Shown here one piece after another: positions 44,439 to 54,936 of a stretch of 64,000 bases of DNA. Origin of the DNA: an uncultured Acidobacteriota bacterium (GTDB lineage Bacteria > Acidobacteriota > Thermoanaerobaculia > Multivoradales > UBA5704); the NCBI GenBank assembly GCA_963700145.1, contig OY969474.1:3776001-3840000 (forward strand), read 5' to 3'. The stretch's first letter is position 1; every line of letters begins with the position of its first letter. The notes under the pieces are model-generated. The model worked only from the letters and a program-made list of their open reading frames with translations. It was not told the DNA's origin and made no database searches. The translations under genes were made by a program, and so were the position numbers.

Positions 44439-46922
44439 GTGGACATGAGCCAGGCGATCCTGGAGGCCCAGCGGGCGGAGGGGACTGAGGATCAAATCCT
44501 CGAAACGTTCCGCCGCTGGGGCTATCTCGCGGCGGACCTCGACCCGCTCGACCGGCTGGCGCCCGAGCCGCTGCCGGGGCTCGACGCGGAGGAAGCCGCC
44601 GCCGCCGAGCGCGCCCGCGCCTGGTACGCGGGGCCGATCGGCGCCGAGTTCATGCACATCCCCGACCCCGAGCGGCGGCGCTGGGTGCAGGAGCGGATGG
44701 AAGGGCCGGCGCCGGCGGTGGACCGCGACCGCGTCCTCGAAGAGCTGATGCAGGCCGACCTCTTCGAGCAGGTCCTCCAGGCCCGCTACCTCGGCACCAA
44801 GCGCTTCTCGATCGAAGGGGTGGACGCTCTGCTGCCGCTGCTCACCGAGATGCTCGAAGGGTGCGCGGCGCGCCAGGGCGAGCAGGTGGTCGTGGCGATG
44901 AGCCACCGCGGGCGGCTCAACGTCATGGTGCATACCGTCGGCCGGCCGGCGGCCGAGATCTTCGCCGGCTTCGAGGACGTCGACCCGCGCAGCGTCATGG
45001 GGGCCGGCGACGTCAAGTACCACATGGGCGCGACCGGCACCTTCCGCGCCCGCAACGGCCGCGAGCTGGCGATCCACCTGGTCTCGAACCCCAGCCACCT
45101 CGAGGCGGTCGATCCGATCGCCGTCGGCCGGGTGCGCGCCAAGCAGGCGCGGCGCGGCGGCGACGCGCGGCGGCAGGTGGTGCCGATCCTCCTCCACGGC
45201 GACGCCGCCTTCGCCGGCCAGGGGGTGCTCGCCGAGACGCTCAACATGGCCGACCTCGCCGGCTTCGACGTCGGCGGCACGGTCCACGTCATCGTCAACA
45301 ACCTGATCGGCTTCACCACCGAGCCCAAGAACCTGCACTCCTCGCGCTTCGCCTCCGACGTCGCGCGGCGGCTGCCGATCCCGATCTTCCACGTCAACGG
45401 CGAGGAGCTCGAGGCGGTCGCCAAGGTGGCGGCGATGGCGGTCGACTACCGCGCCGCCTTCGCCGACGACGTCGTCGTCGACCTCATCGGCTACCGCCGC
45501 CACGGCCACAGCGAGGTGGACGACCCGACGATCACCCAGCCGCTGCTCTACAAGAAGATCGGCGCGCGGCCGCCGCTCTGGCGGCTCTACGCCGAGCGGC
45601 TGGGGCTGCCGGCGGCGGAGGTCGAGGCGCGGGCGGCGCGGGTCAAGGCGCGTTTCGAGGAGGAGCACAAGCGGGCGGAGGCGATCGAGAAGAAGCCAAC
45701 GCTGCGCACGCTCCCGGCCTACTGGGACCGCTTCCCCGGCGGCCGCTGGAAGCCCGAGTACGAGGTGGCGACCGGCCTGCCGGCCGAGGAGGCGGCGCGG
45801 CTCGGCGCGCGGCTGGCCGCCGCCCCCGCCGGTTTCGCCGTCCACGAGAAGATCAAGCGCCTCCTCGAGCAGCGCGCCGAGATGGCCGCCGGCAAGCGCC
45901 CCATCGACTACGGCATGGCCGAGGCGCTGGCGTTCGCTTCCCTCGTCGCCGGCGGCGTGCCGGTGCGCTTCAGCGGCCAGGACAGCCGCCGCGGCACGTT
46001 CAACCAGCGCCACGCCGTGCTGATCGACGTCGCCAACAACGCCGAGCACCTGCCGCTCCAGCACGTCGCGCCCGACCAGGCGCGCTTCGAGATCTACGAC
46101 TCCAGCCTCTCGGAGGCCGCGGTCCTCGGCTTCGAGTACGGCTACAGCCGCGACTACCCCGAGACGCTGGTGCTCTGGGAGGCGCAGTTCGGCGACTTCG
46201 CCAACGGCGCGCAGATCGTCATCGACCAGTTCGTCACCGCCGGCGAGGACAAGTGGGGGCTGCTTTCGGGGGTCGTGCTGCTCCTGCCGCACGGCTACGA
46301 GGGGCAGGGGCCGGAGCACTCCAGCGCGCGGCTCGAGCGGTTCCTCCAGCTCGCCGCCGAGGACAACATCCAGGTCTGCCAGCCCTCGACCGCGGCGCAG
46401 TACTTCCACCTGCTGCGCCGGCAGGCGCTCCGCCCCTGGCGCAAGCCGCTCGTCGTCTTCACCCCCAAGAGCATGCTGCGGCACAAGGAGAGCGGCTCGA
46501 CGGTGGCGGACTTGGGCCGCGAGCGCTTCGCCAACGTGCTGGGCGAGCCGGGGATCGAGGGAGCGGAGCGCGTGCTGCTCGGGACCGGCAAGATCGTCCA
46601 CGAGCTGCGCCGCGAGCGCGAGCGGCTGGGCGAGAAGGCGACCGCGGTCGTCGCCCTCGAGCAGCTCTACCCCTTCCCGCGGCAGGAGCTCGAAGCCGAG
46701 CTCGCCCGCCACCCCGCGGCGCGCGACCTGGTCTGGGTGCAGGAGGAGCCCGCCAACATGGGCGCCCTGTTCTTCGTCCTCCCCCGCCTGGAGCACGTCG
46801 CCGGCCGCCCGGTCCGCTCGGTCAAGCGGTCGGCGTCGGGCAGCCCGGCCACCGGCTCGGCCAAGGCGCACGCGCTGGAGCAAAAGACGCTCCTGGCACT
46901 GGCGTTCGGGAGCGGGGCATGA
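44439..46922 (+). CDS. sucA: 2-oxoglutarate dehydrogenase E1 component
   Basis: KRFSIEG, GDVKYHMG, NPSHLEAV, LHGDAAFAGQG, SGQDSRRGTF, WEAQFGDFAN, GPEHSSARLERFLQ. Confidence 0.96.
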   Translation: MDMSQAILEAQRAEGTEDQILETFRRWGYLAADLDPLDRLAPEPLPGLDAEEAAAAERARAWYAGPIGAEFMHIPDPERRRWVQERMEGPAPAVDRDRVLEELMQADLFEQVLQARYLGTKRFSIEGVDALLPLLTEMLEGCAARQGEQVVVAMSHRGRLNVMVHTVGRPAAEIFAGFEDVDPRSVMGAGDVKYHMGATGTFRARNGRELAIHLVSNPSHLEAVDPIAVGRVRAKQARRGGDARRQVVPILLHGDAAFAGQGVLAETLNMADLAGFDVGGTVHVIVNNLIGFTTEPKNLHSSRFASDVARRLPIPIFHVNGEELEAVAKVAAMAVDYRAAFADDVVVDLIGYRRHGHSEVDDPTITQPLLYKKIGARPPLWRLYAERLGLPAAEVEARAARVKARFEEEHKRAEAIEKKPTLRTLPAYWDRFPGGRWKPEYEVATGLPAEEAARLGARLAAAPAGFAVHEKIKRLLEQRAEMAAGKRPIDYGMAEALAFASLVAGGVPVRFSGQDSRRGTFNQRHAVLIDVANNAEHLPLQHVAPDQARFEIYDSSLSEAAVLGFEYGYSRDYPETLVLWEAQFGDFANGAQIVIDQFVTAGEDKWGLLSGVVLLLPHGYEGQGPEHSSARLERFLQLAAEDNIQVCQPSTAAQYFHLLRRQALRPWRKPLVVFTPKSMLRHKESGSTVADLGRERFANVLGEPGIEGAERVLLGTGKIVHELRRERERLGEKATAVVALEQLYPFPRQELEAELARHPAARDLVWVQEEPANMGALFFVLPRLEHVAGRPVRSVKRSASGSPATGSAKAHALEQKTLLALAFGSGA

Positions 46923-47812
46923 GGGGACGCCCGATCGCCGTCCTGCCGCTGCTCGCCGCCACGCTGCTCGGGCCGGCGCTGGCGGGCGCCGAGACGATCT
47001 ACGGCACGACCTTCGCGGGCATGGGGCTCACCACCTTCGACAGCGCCACGCCGGGCACCACCACGGGGGTCGGTCCGTTCCCCCCCGCGAGCCAGATCCA
47101 CGCGCTCGACTTCCGGCCGGCGACCGGAGAGCTCTACGGGATCATCTTCAGGGGCCAGCCGGCCGACTTCAACTACCGGCTGGTGAAGATCGACAAGACG
47201 AACGCGGCGATCACCTGGACCGGCCCGCCCCTGCCGATCTCGGGCTCGTCGTTCGCGCTCTCCTTCCCCTTCGCCGGCGACGTGGCCCGGATCGTCACCT
47301 TGTTTCAGCACGTCCTCGTCGATCCGGATACCGGGGTGGCCACCGCGGTCACCGACCTGCCGAGCGGGGAGCAAGTCGCGGCGATCGCCGACGCGCCGTC
47401 GCTGACCCTCTACGGCATCGAGGTCAACCTCGACGAGCTGGTCCGCATCGGCGGTTTCGGCGGCTTCCCCTCCCCCGATGCCGGCGCCGTGACCACGGTG
47501 GGGGCGCTCAACACCCCCGTCGGGCCGCCCAGCGGCTTCGACACCGCCAGCTTCGACATCTCGGCGTCGTCGGGCGTGGCGTACGCCGCGCTGACCGCGA
47601 TGTCGAACGCACCGTCCCAGCTCTTCACCGTGAACCTGCAGACCGGCGCCGCGACCCTGGTCGGGACGATCGGCAATCCTGCCGTGAACGCGATCGCCGT
47701 GGAGCCGGCGCCGCTGGCGGCCCCGCCGATCCCCACCGCCGCGGAGTGGATGCTCTTCGCCTTCGCCGCCATCCTCGCGGCCCTCGCTTTACGGCGCCTG
47801 GCGGCGCCGTAA
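46919..47812 (+). CDS. DUF4394-like secreted protein with IPTL-CTERM-type sorting signal
   Basis: Signal peptide; LDFRPATGELYG; LFTVNLQTGAATLVG; C-terminal IPTAAEW + TM + RR. ATGA overlap with the sucA stop. Confidence 0.82.
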   Translation: MRGRPIAVLPLLAATLLGPALAGAETIYGTTFAGMGLTTFDSATPGTTTGVGPFPPASQIHALDFRPATGELYGIIFRGQPADFNYRLVKIDKTNAAITWTGPPLPISGSSFALSFPFAGDVARIVTLFQHVLVDPDTGVATAVTDLPSGEQVAAIADAPSLTLYGIEVNLDELVRIGGFGGFPSPDAGAVTTVGALNTPVGPPSGFDTASFDISASSGVAYAALTAMSNAPSQLFTVNLQTGAATLVGTIGNPAVNAIAVEPAPLAAPPIPTAAEWMLFAFAAILAALALRRLAAP

Positions 47813-47850
47813 AGCGGGGGGCATCGCCCGACACGCTCCCGATCGGCGGG

Positions 47851-48396
47851 GGAACGCGGGGAAGGAGGTCCGGAAAGCTCCCCGCGCTGTCCGGAAGGCG
47901 GACGTGGACGGCGGGAAGGCTCCCCGAGGCTGGGGAAAAACGGCGGAAGCGCGGGGGAAAGCTCTGCGGGCGCGTCGGAACGCTCCCCGTCGCGCCCGGA
48001 GCGCTCTGCGCTGCGCCGGGAGCACGCCGGCGCTCTGTGAAAGCCCGCCGGCGCTCCGGCGGAGGGTTCTGGCGGTGCGTAGGAGTTGGCAGCGGCCGTC
48101 GCGGACCCCGGCGCGTGTCGGCGGGAGGTCACGCCCGCTCGGCGGGCCGGCTCGTGCGCTCGGCGAGAGCCGGCGCCGCGTCGGTCGGAATTACGCCACC
48201 GACGGCGGGAACGCTCCCGCGGTCGCCGGGAGCATTTCCTCGTCGTGCGGGAGAGTTCCCGGCCGTCCAAAGAACGCTCCCGGCCTCGCTGGGAGAATTT
48301 CGGAGGGGGTCGGAAAGGCTCTGGCCGGACGCGGGAGCATTCCCGCCCGCTCGGGGAGCTTTCCAGGGCGCGCCGGGAGTCTTCCGTGGGCGTTCC
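47851..48396. repeat. Degenerate array of 26 x 21-bp units (consensus about GGAR-N-GCTCCC)
   Basis: Cutting every 21 nt from 47851, 20 of 26 units begin with GGA; examples ggaaagctcccc, ggaacgctcccc, ggagcattcccg. No indels. Confidence 0.85.
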
Positions 48397-48463
48397 GCTG
48401 AATTTCCGCTCTCTGCCAGAGGTACTTGGCTCTCGGACGGGGCAGAAGCGGAGCTAGGCGCGG

Positions 48464-48941
<478 letters not shown>

Positions 48942-48944
48942 TCA

Positions 48945-49030
48945 GTACGCTTGTACTTCCCGAAGGTACGCTTGCACCTCATAAAAGTACCGGTACCTAG
49001 CGAAAGTACCAACGTACCGGCCGTTCGTAC
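48945..49030. promoter_or_regulatory. Array of GTAC-N9-GTAC palindromic sites (putative operator cluster)
   Basis: GTAC at 48945, 48953, 48966, 48987, 48993, 49006, 49014 and 49027 (GCAC at 48974), between two divergent genes. Confidence 0.65.
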
Positions 49031-49131
49031 AAGCGATTTTTGCCTGCGCGCGGCCCCCTCGCGCGGCACCGCCGTTGTAACGACCCGCTCCCCGCCCCCG
49101 CCTAAGCACGACACCAACGGAGGATGTGTCG

Positions 49132-50743
49132 ATGCCCAAAGAACCTGCCGAAACCCATCGCACGATCGATCTCGAAGTCCGCGCCGACCTGGCGGACGCG
49201 AAGGACGCGCCGAAGCGCCCGGAAGCGGCCGCCTACGTCTTTTCACAGGGCGGGAAGCTGCTGACCGTCGCCGACCTCGACGCCGAAGGCGCCGCGCGGG
49301 TGAGCCTGCCCGTCGCCGGCGAGTCGACCCAGGTGCGCGTCTTCGTGGGGCCGCGCCTCGAGAAGGGCGCTCGGGCCACCCTGTCGGAGCTCAGGCGCCG
49401 CGGCGCCCGCGAGCGGCACGTCCGCCTCGGCCGCGACCAGCGTCTCGAGCCCCTCGAGTTCCGCATCCTGCCCGACACCTGGCACTGCTGGCTGCTCGGG
49501 CTCTGCGTCGTCCGCGGCACGCTGGTCAAGCGCGTCACGACCGACGGCTACCCGGTCGAGTTCCCGGTCTGCGACGCGACCGTCGAGATCTACGAAGTCG
49601 ACCCCTTCCACATCTTCATCAGCAAGCTCCCCAAGGTCGAGCTCGACCGGCTGCGCGACTACATCCTGCACCCGCGCCCGCTGCCCGAGCCGCCGCCCGA
49701 GGAGCTGCCGGGGCCGTTCCCCGGTCCGTTCCCGGGCCCGGCGCCGATCCCCGACCGGGTGCCGCCCTCCTTCCGCCGCGCCGGGCTGAGGGCGACGGCG
49801 GAGCACTCGCACCGCGACGCGGCCTTCGCGCTGGCCGACAGCGCCGGCGCGAGCGACCTCCGCCTCGCGGCCCGCGGCGGCAACCGGCAGGTCTTCGAGC
49901 AGGCGCTGGTCGCCAAGGCCGACGTCGTGCGGCCCCTCCTCTGCGTCCTCTTTCCGAAGCTCGTCTGGATGCAGAAGATCGGCACCGCGACGACCGACGA
50001 GTGCGGCCACTTCGAGGAGCTCCTCTTCCTCGGCTGCCACGGCGGCGACAAGCCCGACCTCTACTTCAAGGCCAAGCAGAAGTTCCTCGGGATCTTCGAC
50101 ATCACGATCTACGCGCCGAAGCCGGTGTCCTGCTACACCCACTGGAATTACAAGTGCGGCACCGAAGTGAAGCTCGTCACCTACCACCCGCTGGCGAGCA
50201 CCTGCGCGCCCTGCCAGGGGGTCAACGCGGAGGGCAACTGGGTGCTCTTCGCCGCCGTCGGCAACGTCTCGCTGGCACGCATCTACGGCGCCTCGGACGA
50301 CCTCCAGGCGACCGTGCACGTCGACAACAACCCGACCTACGCCGAGATCGACGCGCCGACCATCGGCCTGGCGTCCGCCGACCCCTGCTGCGGCGTGCTC
50401 GAGTTCACGCCCGGAGACATGGTGACGATCCCCTGGCGCGCCAAGCACAAGAACGGCTTCGCCACCTACGGGTTCCAGGTCAAGCGGGTGGCCGAGCTGG
50501 TGTTCTCGACCGGCGGCCCGGTGGGGCTGGTGGGCAACCACTCCACGGTGCAGTCGGCCGCCACGCTGCTCAACACCAACCTGCCGCTCGGGTGCGCGCC
50601 GGACGGCTGCGACGTGGCGGGCTTCGCGTCGTGGCTCGACGTTCAACGCGCTCGCCACCGACGGGTGGTCAAGGCTCTCGGGCTACGACCGCGGGGACTT
50701 CGAAGCCTTCGTGCTGTCCAACGAAGCAACGGCAGCTCGGTGA
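49132..50743 (+). CDS. Cys-rich hypothetical protein, frameshifted near its 3' end
   Basis: GGAGG RBS and typical codon usage to about 50640. Removing one T at 50642/3 restores ...DVNALATDGWSRLSGYDRGDFEAFVLSNEATAAR-stop (50741-50743). Confidence 0.7.
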
Positions 50744-51768
50744 CGAAGCGCCAGCCGAAGGCCTTCGAGGGAGTCCAGGCGCCGGGCGGGACGCGGCCGG
50801 CTGCGACCCGCTCGGCGCACTCGACGGCGGAGACGGCGGTGAAGGCGTAGGCCTCGGGGGTCTCGAGGGTGCCGGTCACCGCAGCGCCGGCGGCGTCGCG
50901 GACCTCGCCCCAGAGGCACATCCGGCCGCGCGTCCGCGCCCGCTCGTCGGGGCCGGTGACCGTGCGCTCGACCCGGCGGCGCAGGAAGCTCTTGACCGGG
51001 CGGAGGGCGAGGAGCGGCAGGAGCGGGCGGACTAGCCGCGCGCGGCGGATCGCCTTCGGCGGCGTGCCCGAGTAGACGCGGATGTTGGGGATGCCGGTCG
51101 AGTGGTAGGCGGTCGAGACGTCGCCCCAGGCGATCGTCATCGCCCAGCGCTTGCCGCAGGAGAAGGGGATCTCGCGCGCGTCCCAGGCCAGCGGCACCGG
51201 CACGATCCGGCCGTCGCGGCGGATCGCGCCGGCGTGCGGCAGCGCCTCGATCATGGTCTTGAGCGTGCCGCGGCTCATGCTGGTGCCTTCGGCGTAGAAG
51301 GCGAGCGCCAGCTCGACCGCGCCGGGGAGCGCCTCGGCCAGGCGCGCCGCCAGGCAGTCGCTGGGGACGACGTCGAAGCCGGCGCCGGGCAGCAGCACGA
51401 CGCCGGCCCGCCGCGCCGCCTCGCCCTGCGCCAGGACGGCCTCGAAGACGGCGATCTCGCCGGTGATGTCGAGGTAGTGGACGCCGCTCTGCGAGGCAGG
51501 CGGCGACGAGCGGCGCGCTGGTGCGCACGAACGGGCCGGCGCAGTGGAGGACGGCGGCGACGCCGTCGAGGCCGCGGCGGAGGGCGGCGGGGTCGTCGAG
51601 CCCGAAGGCACGGTGGGGGAGGCCGAGCTCGGCGGCGAGGGCGGCGACCGCCGCGGCGTTGCGGCCGGCGAGGACGGGCGCCAGGCCGCGCCGCGCCGCC
51701 TCGCGCGCCACCAGCTCGCCGGTGTAGCCGTTGGCGCCGTAGAGGAGCCAGGGCGCGCCGGCGCTCAC
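50730..51768 (-). pseudogene. Saccharopine dehydrogenase-like NAD(P)-binding oxidoreductase, frameshifted at about 51490 (or a sequence error)
   Basis: N-half LLYGANGYTG...HCAGPF...VAACL in ORF 50683..51768; C-half GVHYLDITGE, GFDVVPSD, TPSKAFG in ORF 50643..51611. One extra base at the join; 3' end unclear. Confidence 0.85.
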
Positions 51769-52274
51769 GGGCCGCCGGCGCCGGGCAGCTCTTCGCGGAG
51801 GACCGCCGCCGCCTGCTCGGCGGCGTAGCGGCGGAGGCTCTCGCGCAGCTCGGGGCGGGAGAGGGCGAGGACGCGGACGGCGAGGAGCGCGGCGTTGACC
51901 GCGCCGGCCTTGCCGATCGCCAGCGTGCCGACCGGCACGCCTCCCGGCATCTGCACGGTCGAGAGCAGGGCGTCGAGGCCGTTCAAGGCCCAGCCCTGCA
52001 TCGGCACGCCGAAGACGGGCAGCAGCGTGTGGGCGGCGACGACGCCCGCCAGGTGCGCCGCCCCGCCGGCCGCGGCGACGATGACCTCGACCCCCCGCCC
52101 CGGCGCCGCCAGCACGTACTCGCGCGTGGCGTCCGGCGTCCGGTGGGCCGAGAGCACCCGCGCCTCGTGCGCCACCTCGAACCGCCCCAGCGTCTCGGCG
52201 GTGTGCCGCATCGTCTCCCAGTCCGACCGGCTCCCCATCAGCACGGCGACCAGCGGGCGTTCGGAATTCGTCAT
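51765..52274 (-). CDS. purE: N5-carboxyaminoimidazole ribonucleotide mutase
   Basis: [38 protein letters not shown]. Confidence 0.97.
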   Translation of the reverse strand: MTNSERPLVAVLMGSRSDWETMRHTAETLGRFEVAHEARVLSAHRTPDATREYVLAAPGRGVEVIVAAAGGAAHLAGVVAAHTLLPVFGVPMQGWALNGLDALLSTVQMPGGVPVGTLAIGKAGAVNAALLAVRVLALSRPELRESLRRYAAEQAAAVLREELPGAGGP

Positions 52275-52277
52275 GCG

Positions 52278-52616
52278 CTAGAGCTCCAAAACCAGCCGCA
52301 CGCCCTGCTCGACTCGTTCGAGCAGCCTGGACGGTAGCTCGCCGACCCGCTCGGTGAGTTGGCGCTTGTTGACGGTCAGGACCTGCGACACGTTCGCGAC
52401 GGAATCCTTCGGCAGATCCGTCGCGCGGCGCGGCAGAAGAACGTTGCCCGGCGCGTCGGCAAGGCGCAGGTTCGTGGTGACGGTGACGACGATCACCGTC
52501 CCGATGGCAGTCTTGGTGAAGCGATCACTCTGCAGGATCAGGAGCGGCCGCCGGTAGCCTGGCTCGGAGCCTTCCGGCTCCGGCAGGTTTCCCCACCAGA
52601 TCTCGCCCCGCCGCAT
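52278..52616 (-). CDS. mazF: PemK/MazF family toxin
   Basis: RRGEIWW..L..P.GSEPGYRRP.LILQ, TTNL...PGNV, DSVANVSQ. Confidence 0.93.
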   Translation of the reverse strand: MRRGEIWWGNLPEPEGSEPGYRRPLLILQSDRFTKTAIGTVIVVTVTTNLRLADAPGNVLLPRRATDLPKDSVANVSQVLTVNKRQLTERVGELPSRLLERVEQGVRLVLEL

Positions 52617-52852
52617 TACCAGTCGTCACGCGGCAAGGACAGAGACTGGAGGCGTGCCAGCGCTGGGTCCAGCTCGGAAGGCTCGTCCGCATAGATCCGG
52701 TTGAGCGCCTCGGTGATGTCCGCTTGCCGTTGCGCATCGACATAGCTCCGGAGCGCCACGGCGTAGAGCTGGCTGCGGGACATCCCGGTCTTCTCGGCGA
52801 GCTCGTCCGCCTCTTCGAACAGGGCGTCTGGAATCGAGACCGCGGTCTTCAT
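52616..52852 (-). CDS. Ribbon-helix-helix antitoxin (ChpI-like)
   Basis: [27 protein letters not shown]; TAATG stop/start coupling to the toxin. Confidence 0.88.
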   Translation of the reverse strand: MKTAVSIPDALFEEADELAEKTGMSRSQLYAVALRSYVDAQRQADITEALNRIYADEPSELDPALARLQSLSLPRDDW

Positions 52853-52858
52853 GGCGAG

Positions 52859-52877
52859 AGTATAACCAGCGTCATAC
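52859..52877 (-). promoter_or_regulatory. TA operator palindrome overlapping a -10 box
   Basis: GTATAAC-CAGC-GTCATAC inverted repeat; minus-strand TATACT lies 6 nt before the antitoxin ATG. Confidence 0.7.
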
Positions 52878-52929
52878 CCCGATCGCAACTTCGACCAGCC
52901 GCACCTCGTGTACGATCCTCGCCGCCGCA

Positions 52930-54870
<1,941 letters not shown>

Positions 54871-54936
54871 CCCCAGCGCCGAATCACAACCGCAGCTCGC
54901 CGGCGGCCGCCCCCTGGGCCGCGCAGGAGGTGCCCG

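Noticed and set aside
51480-51500. Programmed ribosomal frameshift in the dehydrogenase
   Set aside because: No slippery sequence, no precedent known to me in this family, and a second indel nearby points to sequence error.
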